A stretch of DNA of 64,000 nt, taken from NCBI GenBank assembly GCA_963836495.1, contig CAWIJT010000003.1, forward strand, positions 457,667 to 521,666, written 5' to 3'. Position 1 is the stretch's first letter, and each line of letters starts with the position of its first letter. The notes below the pieces were generated by a model. The model did no database searches. It saw only the letters and a list, made by a program, of their open reading frames with translations, and was not told the origin of the DNA. Source of the stretch: an uncultured Actinomycetota bacterium. Its GTDB lineage: Bacteria > Actinomycetota > Actinomycetes > Mycobacteriales > Mycobacteriaceae. The translations under genes and the position numbers were made by a program. Positions 8,882 through 17,369 of the stretch are shown one piece after another.

Positions 8882-10146
8882 CCTCCGCCACCGCCATGTG
8901 AGGCCCGCGGGATCTCCAAGGCGATGCGGTCCATCAGCGCCCGGTACCGCTTGACCTCTGGATCGGTGCCCGGCTTACCGCTACTCACCAGACCGCCGGA
9001 CAGCTGACGCTCGGGGTCGGTCCAGATCACGCAGTTGGTCAGGCCGAGATGACCGAACGCCGCCGGCGCATTGCGGCCGAACGGACCCCACTTCTTGGTG
9101 CCCAACTGGAAGCCGGTGCCCCAGCGGGCCGGTTGCAGGCCCATCGCGAAATCAGGACGCAGACGCCGGCTTTCGCGCGCCGCGCCACGCAGAGTGTCCG
9201 GGCTCATCACCCGGACACCGTCGAGTTCGCCTCCGCGCCGCCATATTTCGGCGAATCGCGACATCTCGTCGGCGTTCGAGATGGTGTTGGACGACGGGAC
9301 GACGGTGGTAAGAAACATCGGCGTGTTGGTGATGGGGATCGTCTCGTAGACCGTCCCGCCGATGGCCTTGCGGAACAGGGCCGCAATCGGGGCCGGCAAT
9401 TGCTTGCCGGTCGCGTGGCTGGGCGCGACGAGTGGAATGTCGGTTGCAGCGACGCCAAAATTCGTCCAGCGAAATCCGAGCGGGTCGAGGATCTCGGTGG
9501 CCAGGATGTCGCGAATGTCCTTGCCTGCGGCCGCAAATACGATTTCGCGCATCAGCGGACCCCAGGTCAGTGCGTGATAGATGTGCACCAGCCCGGGTCG
9601 GTACACCGGTCGCAGCTTGCCCAACTGTTCGCGGGCGTACGCGTGGTCATCGGCCCGTTTGAGATCGGGTCGCGGGCCGGTCGGAAACGGGACGCCCGCG
9701 CTGTGCGTCATGACATGCCGGATCGTGGTCCGGTGCTTGCCGTGACTGGTGTAGGTCGGCAGGTATTCGCAGACCCGGTCGTCGAGTGAGAACACGCCGC
9801 GCTCGATCAGCATGTGCGCGACTGTTGCGGTGATCGCCTTGGCCGAGGAGTAGACGCAGAACGGCGTATCGGTCTGGACCGGGACCTTCTCGGCGTCCGG
9901 CGGGTCGGTGGGGGCGTTGCCCCAACCGTGCCCGATCGCCCGGTTGAGGACGACCTTGCCGTTGCGGCGCAGGCAGAGCTGGATGGCCGGATGCAGCCCT
10001 GCTTGATACCAGTGCCGGGCCGCCTGCCAGATCCGTTCGACGGCTGCGGGGTCGACCTCGGAGTGGTCCTCGTCGCCGATCGCGGTGACGGCGTCGAGGT
10101 CAGCCGGGACGCGAATTCTGCCCTGCAAGTCTGGCTGGCCGGTCAT
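8875..10146 (-). CDS. lipE: Beta-lactamase-family esterase/lipase LipE (Rv3775-like)
   Basis: Start re-set to ATG 10146; SxxK motif (YSSAK), HSAG and FGHLG motifs; the stop codon lies inside the IS end. Confidence 0.88.
   Translation of the reverse strand: MTGQPDLQGRIRVPADLDAVTAIGDEDHSEVDPAAVERIWQAARHWYQAGLHPAIQLCLRRNGKVVLNRAIGHGWGNAPTDPPDAEKVPVQTDTPFCVYSSAKAITATVAHMLIERGVFSLDDRVCEYLPTYTSHGKHRTTIRHVMTHSAGVPFPTGPRPDLKRADDHAYAREQLGKLRPVYRPGLVHIYHALTWGPLMREIVFAAAGKDIRDILATEILDPLGFRWTNFGVAATDIPLVAPSHATGKQLPAPIAALFRKAIGGTVYETIPITNTPMFLTTVVPSSNTISNADEMSRFAEIWRRGGELDGVRVMSPDTLRGAARESRRLRPDFAMGLQPARWGTGFQLGTKKWGPFGRNAPAAFGHLGLTNCVIWTDPERQLSGGLVSSGKPGTDPEVKRYRALMDRIALEIPRASHGGGGGV
8882..8897 (+). repeat. 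Right 16-bp direct repeat CCTCCGCCACCGCCAT
   Basis: Exact copy of the tRNA-Ser 3' end plus one base (7546..7561), directly after the terminal ACA. Confidence 0.92.
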
Positions 10147-10217
10147 GCACGCCCTTTCGTCGATGTGTAGGTCAAAGCACGCATTGGCGAGGGTACGTGC
10201 GGCGGTTACCCGGCGAG

Positions 10218-10244
10218 TTATCCACAGTCTCGCTTTTATCCACA
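10218..10244 (+). promoter_or_regulatory. Two tandem DnaA-box consensus 9-mers (TTATCCACA)
   Basis: TTATCCACA at 10218-10226 and 10236-10244 in the divergent lipE/DUF222 intergenic region; function unproven. Confidence 0.4.
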
Positions 10245-10283
10245 GATGCACGATTGTCGGTAGCCGGAGGTCCGCGAGGCCGA

Positions 10284-10305
10284 TAAAATTCGAACATGCG
10301 TTCTA
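10284..10305 (+). promoter_or_regulatory. SigA -10 (TAAAAT) and LexA SOS box overlapping the DUF222 start (probable leaderless transcript)
   Basis: TAAAAT at 10284-10289; TCGAACATGCGTTCTA at 10290-10305 is one mismatch from TCGAAC-N4-GTTCGA; ATG at 10296. Confidence 0.75.
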
Positions 10306-11663
10306 GTGATCGGGAAGAGATCGTCGATGTGTTCGACGCGCTCCAGGCTGACCTCAAGCGCGCTCTGGATCTGTCGTTCGACGCCCTGACCACCCCCGAA
10401 CGGCTGGGCTTGTTGGAGTCGTGCGAGACGCTGCGCCGTCAACTGTCCGCCGTCGAGCACCCGCTGATCAACCAACTCGCCGAGCAAGCCAGCGAGACCG
10501 AGCTAGGCGGCAAACTCACATCGACGCTGGCCAACCGGTTATTGATCACCCGCGCCGACGCCGCCCGACGCATCCACGACGCCGCCGAGTTAGGCCAACG
10601 CACAGCCATCACCGGCGAAGCGCTGCAACCAGTTCTTCCCGCCACCGCCGCGGCCCAGCGTGACGGCCAGATCGGCGCCGGTCATGTCGCGGTGATCCGA
10701 AGTTTCTGGCACCGCCTGCCGGACTTTGTCGACATCGAGACCCGCGCCAAGGCTGAGGCGCAGTTGGCCCGGCTGGCCGGCGAGCATCGCCCCGATGAGT
10801 TGGGCAAGCTGGCCGACAAGCTGATGGATTGCCTGCACCCCGACGGCGACTTCAGCGACGTCGACCGCGCCCGGCGCCGCGGCGTCACCATCGGCAAGCA
10901 AGGCGTCGACGGGATGAGTCCGATCAGCGGATGGCTCAATCCGGAGGCGCGGGCGACGTGGGATGCGGTGTTCGCGAAGTTGGCCGCACCGGGCATGTGC
11001 AACGCCGACGACGACGAACCCTGCATCAGCGGCACACCATCGGCAGCCGCCATCCAGGGCGACACCCGCAGCGCCGGACAACGCCACCACGACGCCCTGC
11101 TCGCCGCCGCCCGCGCGCTACTGGCATCGGGTGAGTTGGGTCAGCACAACGGCCTACCCGCCTCCATCATCGTCACGACGACTTTGGACGAATTGGAGAA
11201 AGGCGCCGGCCGGGGCCTCACCGGCGGGGGCACGTTGTTGCCGATGTCTGATGTCATCCGGCTGGCCGCCCACGCTCATCACTACCTGGCCATCTTCGAC
11301 AAAGGTAAAGCACTGGCGCTGTATCACACAAAACGCCTGGCCTCACCAGCCCAGCGAATTGTGCTCTACGCCAAGGACCGCGGGTGTTCATTCCCCGGCT
11401 GCACCGTGCCCGGCTATCTCTGCGAAGTCCACCACGTCGACCCCTACGCCACCCACCCCGTCACTGACGTCAACACCCTGACGTTCACCTGCTGCCCCAA
11501 CCATAAACTCGCCGACCAAGGCTGGACCACCCGCAAAAACAGCCACAACGACACCGAATGGATCCCACCACCGCATCTAGACCACGGCCAGCCCCGCGTC
11601 AACACGTTCCACCACCCCGAGAAGTTATTACGGGACGACGGTGACAAGGATGAAGACCGCTGA
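10296..11663 (+). CDS. DUF222 / HNH endonuclease protein (13E12 repeat family)
   Basis: 455 aa; MRSSDREEI start, [19 protein letters not shown] and CCPNHK HNH region, [10 protein letters not shown] tail. Confidence 0.9.
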   Translation: MRSSDREEIVDVFDALQADLKRALDLSFDALTTPERLGLLESCETLRRQLSAVEHPLINQLAEQASETELGGKLTSTLANRLLITRADAARRIHDAAELGQRTAITGEALQPVLPATAAAQRDGQIGAGHVAVIRSFWHRLPDFVDIETRAKAEAQLARLAGEHRPDELGKLADKLMDCLHPDGDFSDVDRARRRGVTIGKQGVDGMSPISGWLNPEARATWDAVFAKLAAPGMCNADDDEPCISGTPSAAAIQGDTRSAGQRHHDALLAAARALLASGELGQHNGLPASIIVTTTLDELEKGAGRGLTGGGTLLPMSDVIRLAAHAHHYLAIFDKGKALALYHTKRLASPAQRIVLYAKDRGCSFPGCTVPGYLCEVHHVDPYATHPVTDVNTLTFTCCPNHKLADQGWTTRKNSHNDTEWIPPPHLDHGQPRVNTFHHPEKLLRDDGDKDEDR

Positions 11664-11668
11664 CGACG

Positions 11669-11857
11669 CTAGGCCCGGTCGCCCTCGGTGTCGTCGAAGA
11701 ACTGCCAGTTGCCGTCGACGTCGACTTCCATCCGCCAACCCAGCTCGGAGTTGTCGGCCTTCGCGTCGACGAACCACGCATGCGCGTCCTCGGCGCTGGC
11801 GATGTCCTTGGTGTCGACGACATCGCCGTGCGGGTTGAGTACTCGATAGTTAGCCAT
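11669..11857 (-). CDS. Small hypothetical protein (62 aa)
   Basis: Fills the gap between DUF222 and echA21; globular-looking composition and GC-biased codons. Confidence 0.6.
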   Translation of the reverse strand: MANYRVLNPHGDVVDTKDIASAEDAHAWFVDAKADNSELGWRMEVDVDGNWQFFDDTEGDRA

Positions 11858-11894
11858 GCACGGGGGTTACCCGTTGCGGCCCAACCGAATCGTG

Positions 11895-12719
11895 CTACTC
11901 GCCGGTGAACTTCGGCGGTCGCTTTTCGAACGTCGCCGTGATTCCCTCGGTCAGGTCTTTGGACGGCAAGAAGGCCGAGTTCCATGCGGCGACGTAGCGC
12001 AGGCTCGCGGTGACCGCCGAAATCCGTTGCTGGTCAAGCACATCCTTGATACCGCGAACGGTCAGCGGCGGGTTGGCGGCGATCTCGGCGGCGGTAGCGT
12101 GCGCGGCGGCCAACGTGGCGTCGGCGTCCTCGAAGACGTCGTTGACCAACCCGATCTTCTCGGCGCGCGCGGCGTCGATGTCCTTACCGGTCAGCGCGAG
12201 TTCGCGTAGATGCCCGTCGGACAGGATCAGCGGCAACCGCGCCAGGCTGCCCACGTCGGCGACGATCGCCAGCTTGACTTCGCGGATGGAGAACTTCGCG
12301 TCGGCGCTGGCATAGCGGAAGTCGACGGCCGAGATCAGGTCGACGCCACCGCCGATGCACCAGCCGTGGATCGACGCGATCGTCGGTGTGCGGCAGTCGG
12401 CGACCGCGGTGATGGTGTGCTGCATGCGCTGCACTTCGAGATGGAATTCGGACCGCGGCCCCGCCATCGCGCCGTCGGCCAGCACCGGGGCCAGCGTCCC
12501 GCCCATCGCGGGCAGGTCGAGGCCGTAGCTGAAATTGCGGCCGGATCCGGTGAGGACGATGGCCCGCACATCGCGATCGGCATCGAGTTTGGCGAAAACT
12601 TCCGGCAGCTCCGACCAGAACGCAGGACCCATGGCGTTGCCCTTGCCGGGTCCGATCAACGTCACCTGGGCGACGTGGTCCTTGTGCTCGATGGTGACTG
12701 ACTCGTATGGCTCACCCAT
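11895..12719 (-). CDS. echA21: Enoyl-CoA hydratase EchA21 (Rv3774-like)
   Basis: Start re-set to ATG 12719; FSYGLDL, GWCIGGGVDL and FSIREVK crotonase motifs. Confidence 0.9.
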   Translation of the reverse strand: MGEPYESVTIEHKDHVAQVTLIGPGKGNAMGPAFWSELPEVFAKLDADRDVRAIVLTGSGRNFSYGLDLPAMGGTLAPVLADGAMAGPRSEFHLEVQRMQHTITAVADCRTPTIASIHGWCIGGGVDLISAVDFRYASADAKFSIREVKLAIVADVGSLARLPLILSDGHLRELALTGKDIDAARAEKIGLVNDVFEDADATLAAAHATAAEIAANPPLTVRGIKDVLDQQRISAVTASLRYVAAWNSAFLPSKDLTEGITATFEKRPPKFTGE

Positions 12720-12742
12720 GGCGAAACCGTACCGTGGACTGC

Positions 12743-13336
12743 ATGCCTTCCGACCTACGCCCTGGACCCGATTCACCGCCCGCCGACGAACTTCGCGCCG
12801 CCGAAGCATCGCTGGGAGTGCTGCAGCACATCGTGCACCCGATCTCGACCGACGACCTGTCGCGGCCGACGACGAGCGGAGACTTCGACGTAGCTCAACT
12901 CACCGATCACCTGGTCGAGACGATCACCTCGATCGGTGAGGCCTTGGGCGCCGACCTGCCGCCGCGCGACGCCGACGACACCGTCGAGCGTCAGCTCATC
13001 GCCGTCGGCAGGCCCACCCTGGACGCCTTCCATGCGCGACACGGTCTGGACGGCACCGCCACCTGGCGCGGCGAAGAGGTGCCGGTGCGGATCTTGGCGA
13101 GTGTTCTGGCTTTCGGTCTGCTCGTGCACGGGTGGGACTACGCCGCGGGTATCGGCCACCCGCCGGATGTACCCGATTCGCTGGCGAACTACGTCCTGGA
13201 CATCGCCAAGAAAATCATCACCCCCGAACGCCGCGCGAACGGGGAGTTCGGCGATCCTGTCGAGGTCGATGAGCACGCACCGGCGATCGACCGTCTGGTC
13301 GCGTTCACCGGCCGCGATCCGGCCGCCAAGAGTTAG
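12743..13336 (+). CDS. TIGR03086-type DinB/MDMPI-like metal-binding protein (Rv3773c-like)
   Basis: MPSDLRPGPDSPP start; LTDHL, LLVHGWDYA and LVAFTGR motifs. Confidence 0.82.
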   Translation: MPSDLRPGPDSPPADELRAAEASLGVLQHIVHPISTDDLSRPTTSGDFDVAQLTDHLVETITSIGEALGADLPPRDADDTVERQLIAVGRPTLDAFHARHGLDGTATWRGEEVPVRILASVLAFGLLVHGWDYAAGIGHPPDVPDSLANYVLDIAKKIITPERRANGEFGDPVEVDEHAPAIDRLVAFTGRDPAAKS

Positions 13337-13812
13337 GCGCGCTCTAGATAGAAGTAGAAGTAACGGCCTACGCCATCGTGGAAGTCGATGACGCCTTTGC
13401 CGTTCATGATGCCCATCACCGTGTTGTCGTCGACCTTCTTGAAGTGGTCGTGTACCGGTTGGCCGTCGTAGACCATGGTGGCGGTGACTTCGCCGCGAAA
13501 TTCTTCCAGCCACAGGCTGGCTTCGCCTTTGCCCATCTTGACATTGGAAAACCGGTTGCCGTCATCGTCCAGACAGACCAGCGGCTGCACGTCGGCGGGT
13601 GACTTGAACGTCTTGCCGTACCAGCGCGCCTTCTCCAATTGCCCGTTCATCTGGTGGCCGGTGACGAATTCACCGCCTTTCCATTCGCCGAGCATGCCGT
13701 CGATGGTGGCCGGCTGCAGGCTCGACCAATAGTCGTCGAGTTCGGCATCGTCGATAGAGCCTGTGCGTTCTTTGAACTCGGTGAACTTCTTGCGGGCCAG
13801 GTCGTCACTCAT
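13333..13812 (-). CDS. GXWXG / DUF4334 domain protein
   Basis: GEWKGG motif, WYGKTF, ATMVYDGQPVHDHFKKVD. Confidence 0.85.
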   Translation of the reverse strand: MSDDLARKKFTEFKERTGSIDDAELDDYWSSLQPATIDGMLGEWKGGEFVTGHQMNGQLEKARWYGKTFKSPADVQPLVCLDDDGNRFSNVKMGKGEASLWLEEFRGEVTATMVYDGQPVHDHFKKVDDNTVMGIMNGKGVIDFHDGVGRYFYFYLERA

Positions 13813-13828
13813 CGCGCTACTCCTCCGG

Positions 13829-14902
13829 TTAGATCCAGTCCACTGCGAACTTGAGCATGGCGTCGTTTTCCTCCGGCGCACCGATGGTTACCCGGACGCC
13901 GTCGCTGCCGTAGGGGCGGACGACGACGCGTGCGGCAGCCGCCTGCTGCACGAAATCCAGGGTGCGCTCCGCCAGCGGCAGCCAGACGAAATTTGCCTGC
14001 GACGGCGGGAGGGTGAACCCGGCGGCACGCAACGCCTCGCTCACCCGGGTGCGCTCGGCAACCACGGCGTCGGTGCGGGCCAGTAGTTCGTCGGCGGCGT
14101 CCAGCGACGCGATCGCCGCGGCCTGCGAGATGCTGGTCGCCGTGAACGGCACGTAGGCCTTGTCCAGGGCGGTGATCAGCTCCGGGTGGGCGGCCGCGTA
14201 GCCCACCCGCAGCCCCGCGAGCCCGTAGGCCTTCGAAAATGTCCGCAGCACAACGACGTTGCTATGGCTACGCACCAGAGCCAGGCTGTCGGGCAGCAGG
14301 CCGTCGCGGATGTATTCCACGTAAGCCTCGTCGATCGCAATGAGTATGTGCGCCGGCACCGCCTCGACGAACCGGGTCAGCGCGTCCGGATCGACCACTG
14401 TCGAGGTGGGGTTGTTGGGGTTGCAGACGAAGATCAGCCGGGTGCGGTCGGTGACCGCGGCGAGCATCGCGCCCAAGTCGAAAGTGTGGTCGGTGAGCGG
14501 CACCTGCACGGCGGTGGCGCCGGCGAGGCGGACCTGCAGCGGGTAGATCTCGAAACTGCGCCAGCCGAACAGCACCTCGTCGCCCGCCGTGGCGGTGATC
14601 TGGATGAGCTGCTGGCACAGGCTCACCGATCCACAACCGACGGCGATGTGCTCGGGTCCCCAGCCGCCGGCGCTGCCGACTCGGCCGGAGTTCAGATGCT
14701 TGGCCAACGCGGCTTTGAGGTCGACGCAGCCGTTATCCGGGTAGCGGTTGACGGCATCGGCCGCACGCTCGATGGCCGCGCGCACGCCGGGCAACGGACC
14801 GAACACGGTCTCGTTGCTGGCCAATTTGATCGCGCCCGGGACTGTCTTGCCGGGCACGTAAGCCGGCAGCCCGGCCAATTCGGGGCGCAGGCGAGCAGTC
14901 AT
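13829..14902 (-). CDS. hisC2: Aromatic amino acid aminotransferase HisC2/Pat (Rv3772-like)
   Basis: KLASNE, CNPNNPT, DEAY and RTFSKAYGLAGLRVG class I/II PLP motifs. Confidence 0.92.
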   Translation of the reverse strand: MTARLRPELAGLPAYVPGKTVPGAIKLASNETVFGPLPGVRAAIERAADAVNRYPDNGCVDLKAALAKHLNSGRVGSAGGWGPEHIAVGCGSVSLCQQLIQITATAGDEVLFGWRSFEIYPLQVRLAGATAVQVPLTDHTFDLGAMLAAVTDRTRLIFVCNPNNPTSTVVDPDALTRFVEAVPAHILIAIDEAYVEYIRDGLLPDSLALVRSHSNVVVLRTFSKAYGLAGLRVGYAAAHPELITALDKAYVPFTATSISQAAAIASLDAADELLARTDAVVAERTRVSEALRAAGFTLPPSQANFVWLPLAERTLDFVQQAAAARVVVRPYGSDGVRVTIGAPEENDAMLKFAVDWI

Positions 14903-14990
14903 TTCGACAGCATATGTCCGGCCTGTGTACGCTGTGCTCCGCGGCGGTTCCGGGACCGCGATTCGGGTCCGGTACCCTCGGGAAATTCAA

Positions 14991-15082
14991 GGAGGCGTGC
15001 CAGAGCGGCCGAATGGGACTCACTGCTAATGAGTTGTCCCTCTTAAAGGGGACCGGAGGTTCAAATCCTCTCGCCTCCGCCA
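14991..15082 (+). tRNA. tRNA-Ser (GCT)
   Basis: GGAGGCG/CGCCTCC stem, actca-ctGCTaa-tgagt anticodon arm, long variable arm, encoded CCA. Confidence 0.97.
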
Positions 15083-15102
15083 CATTAGACAACTGAACAC
15101 AT

Positions 15103-15175
15103 GCGCCCGTAGCTCAACGGATAGAGCATCTGACTACGGATCAGAAGGTTAGGGGTTCGAATCCCTTCGGGCGCA
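15103..15175 (+). tRNA. tRNA-Arg (ACG)
   Basis: GCGCCCG/CGGGCGC stem, tctga-ctACGga-tcaga anticodon arm, GTTCGAATC T-loop; CCA not encoded. Confidence 0.97.
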
Positions 15176-15193
15176 CTCAACTCGCGGTATGAC

Positions 15194-15216
15194 GTCCGCT
15201 GAGGCTGGACTTTTTT
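15194..15216 (+). terminator. Possible intrinsic terminator of the tRNA-Ser/tRNA-Arg pair
   Basis: GTCCGC-TGAG-GC(T)GGAC hairpin with one bulge, followed by T6. Confidence 0.4.
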
Positions 15217-15416
15217 CGTTTGACTTCCGCGAACACCTCCGCGCCTCCTTCGGGGTCAGTCGCCGCGTCGCTCAATCATCTTGCAGGTTGCCGGGGCTGA
15301 TGCTGCTGCGCCGAGTAAACCAAATGTTGGCGATACGGTTGTAAATTGTTCGTTTGGTATGTAATCTTGCGCTGCAGTGCATCACCGGTATGTGGTGCTT
15401 CCGTGAGGAGGGGCGC

Positions 15417-15551
15417 GTGTCGTTGGTGGCCACAGACGCCGAGCCGCGGTTGCGCTGCCTGATGGCGTGTGGCGCGAATGTCCCTCGCGCGCAGGTGCTT
15501 TGCAGCTCACGGGAGTCTACTGAGGTGGCAGGTATGGGACGCGTTCGATGA
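15417..15551 (+). CDS. Putative 44-aa small protein or leader peptide coupled to the flavoenzyme gene
   Basis: GAGGAGG at 15405-15411, GTG at 15417, MSLVATDAEPRLRCLMACGANVPRAQVLCSSRESTEVAGMGRVR; TGA overlaps ATG 15548. Confidence 0.35.
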   Translation: MSLVATDAEPRLRCLMACGANVPRAQVLCSSRESTEVAGMGRVR

Positions 15552-17365
15552 TCGAGATGGCCATCGTGGGGCTCGGCTCGTGGGGTCTGTGCGTCATGGA
15601 GCGGACGGTGAACCGGGCCAGGCAGTTGGGGACGCCCGTACGGCTGCACCTGATCGAGCCCGCTCAGCTGGGAGGCGGGGTCTACTCCACCGAGCAGCCC
15701 GACTTCCTGGTGCTCAACAACGCCTGCGGTCAACTCTCCCTCTACGCCGCTCCCGACGGAGACGCTCTTCCGCCGTACGCCGTGGGCCTACACGCGTGGG
15801 CAGTGGTCCGCGGCTACCGCTGGGTGGGTTACGAGTGCCGCATCGGCGCCGGCGGTGACCCCATCCTGCCCACCGACTACCTGCCGCGGCGGTTGATGGG
15901 CGAGTACCTCGCCTGGTTCTACGACACGCTGGTGTCCTACGCCCCGCCCAACCTGGAGATCGTCCGGCACTACGCGGCCGCCGTCGACATCTCTCCGGCT
16001 CTGCGAGGGCGCGAGGCGGTGCTGCTCGACAGCGGCACCACCCTCACCGTCGACCACGTCGTGCTCACTTCGGGCCACACCTTCAACGACGAGCCCGGTG
16101 CCGACGGCGGCGTGCACTACTTGCGGCCCTACCCCATCGACTACTTGGACCAGCGCGCCCCGGCCGGATCCTCGCTGGCAGTGGCCGGCATGGGGCTGGT
16201 CGGCTTCGACGTCCTGACCGCGCTCACTATCGGACGCGGCGGGACCTTCGAAGACCGGTGCGACCGGGCCGACCGCTTGCGTTACGTGCCCTCGGGCCAC
16301 GAGCCGACCATCACCCTCTATTCGCGCTCGGGGGCTCCGTACTGCGCCAAGTCGGCTACCGGTGTCGACCCCTACGGCCAATACCAGCCGGTGGTGTGCA
16401 CCCCTGAGGAGTTCGCGGCGCTCACCAACCCGGGTGCGTCGCCGTTGCGGCGGCACGTGGACTTCCGGGCCGAGCTTCTCCCGCTCGTCTTCGCCGAGAT
16501 GCAGGCGCGCTACTACATCCAGGCCGCGTCGCTGGCCGGCGGCGACGTGGAGTCGACCGAGGTCCGCAACGTCCTCCGCCAAGGCTGGGTCGACGGGTAC
16601 TACGAGAAGGCAGTCGACGTTCTCGAGCCGCGCTACGGGCGCTTTGACCCGGCCACCCACCTCTTCGCCGGGGCAGACCGCCACTACACGTCGGCCGCCG
16701 ACTATCAGGGCCAGGTTTACGACATGATCGAGGACGACCTCACCGAGGCTTTGCGGCCCGGAGGGAGCGCGGTCAAGGCCGCCCAGGAGGTGCTGCGGAT
16801 CCTGCGGGACCAGCTGCGTTCGGTCATCGAGTTCGGTGGCCTGTCCCTCGACTCCTACGTCGAGTTCCAAGCCAACGTCCGGGGCCGGATCAACCGGCTC
16901 GAAGCGGGCGTGCCACCCATGCGCTCCCAGCAGCTACTGGGGCTGCTCGACGCCGGGGTGGTGCGCATTCCGCTCGGACCGAGCCCACAGGCGGTCGCCT
17001 GCCATGAGGGCGTCCGCCTGAGTTCCACGGTGCTCGACGAGCCGACAGCGGTGACGGCCGGCGAGGTGGTGCGGGGCTATCTCGACATGCCCTCGCTGGC
17101 CCGGTCTGGCTCGCCTCTGCTGAACCGCCTCTACGCCAAGGGCAGGCTGACCCAGCTCAGCTACGGTGACACCCCCGTGGGCAGCGTGGCCATCAACGAG
17201 GACTTCCACCCCTACGACACCGAGGGCCGGCTCCAGCCCAACCTCTCGGTGCTGGGCGTGCTCACCGAGGGGGTCCGTTACTTCACCCACTATCTGCCCT
17301 CGCCGCGCAGCCGCCTTCGGGCCGTCTACGACGCCCAGGCGTGCGTCGAGGCCGTGATCGGCTGA
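15548..17365 (+). CDS. FAD/NAD(P)-binding protein, CreE/FzmM-like flavin-dependent N-oxygenase family
   Basis: 605 aa; GLGSWG FAD motif, LVLNN, YLPRRLMGEYL, DHVVLTSGH, GMGLVGFD, SRSGAPY, GVPPMRSQQLLGLLDAGVV and GVLTEG follow the motif order of this family. Confidence 0.75.
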   Translation: MIEMAIVGLGSWGLCVMERTVNRARQLGTPVRLHLIEPAQLGGGVYSTEQPDFLVLNNACGQLSLYAAPDGDALPPYAVGLHAWAVVRGYRWVGYECRIGAGGDPILPTDYLPRRLMGEYLAWFYDTLVSYAPPNLEIVRHYAAAVDISPALRGREAVLLDSGTTLTVDHVVLTSGHTFNDEPGADGGVHYLRPYPIDYLDQRAPAGSSLAVAGMGLVGFDVLTALTIGRGGTFEDRCDRADRLRYVPSGHEPTITLYSRSGAPYCAKSATGVDPYGQYQPVVCTPEEFAALTNPGASPLRRHVDFRAELLPLVFAEMQARYYIQAASLAGGDVESTEVRNVLRQGWVDGYYEKAVDVLEPRYGRFDPATHLFAGADRHYTSAADYQGQVYDMIEDDLTEALRPGGSAVKAAQEVLRILRDQLRSVIEFGGLSLDSYVEFQANVRGRINRLEAGVPPMRSQQLLGLLDAGVVRIPLGPSPQAVACHEGVRLSSTVLDEPTAVTAGEVVRGYLDMPSLARSGSPLLNRLYAKGRLTQLSYGDTPVGSVAINEDFHPYDTEGRLQPNLSVLGVLTEGVRYFTHYLPSPRSRLRAVYDAQACVEAVIG

Positions 17366-17369
17366 GCAC

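Noticed and set aside
15176-15547. Integrase, attR copy of the tRNA-Arg 3' end, or SAM-IV riboswitch at the left border of the accessory region
   Set aside because: None seen by eye; island status rests on synteny and gene content only, and any att site may lie beyond the window.
15548-17365. Complete ANS nitrous-acid (diazo/N-N) pathway
   Set aside because: No CreD/FzmL adenylosuccinate-lyase-like partner is in the window, so only N-oxygenase-family membership is claimed.
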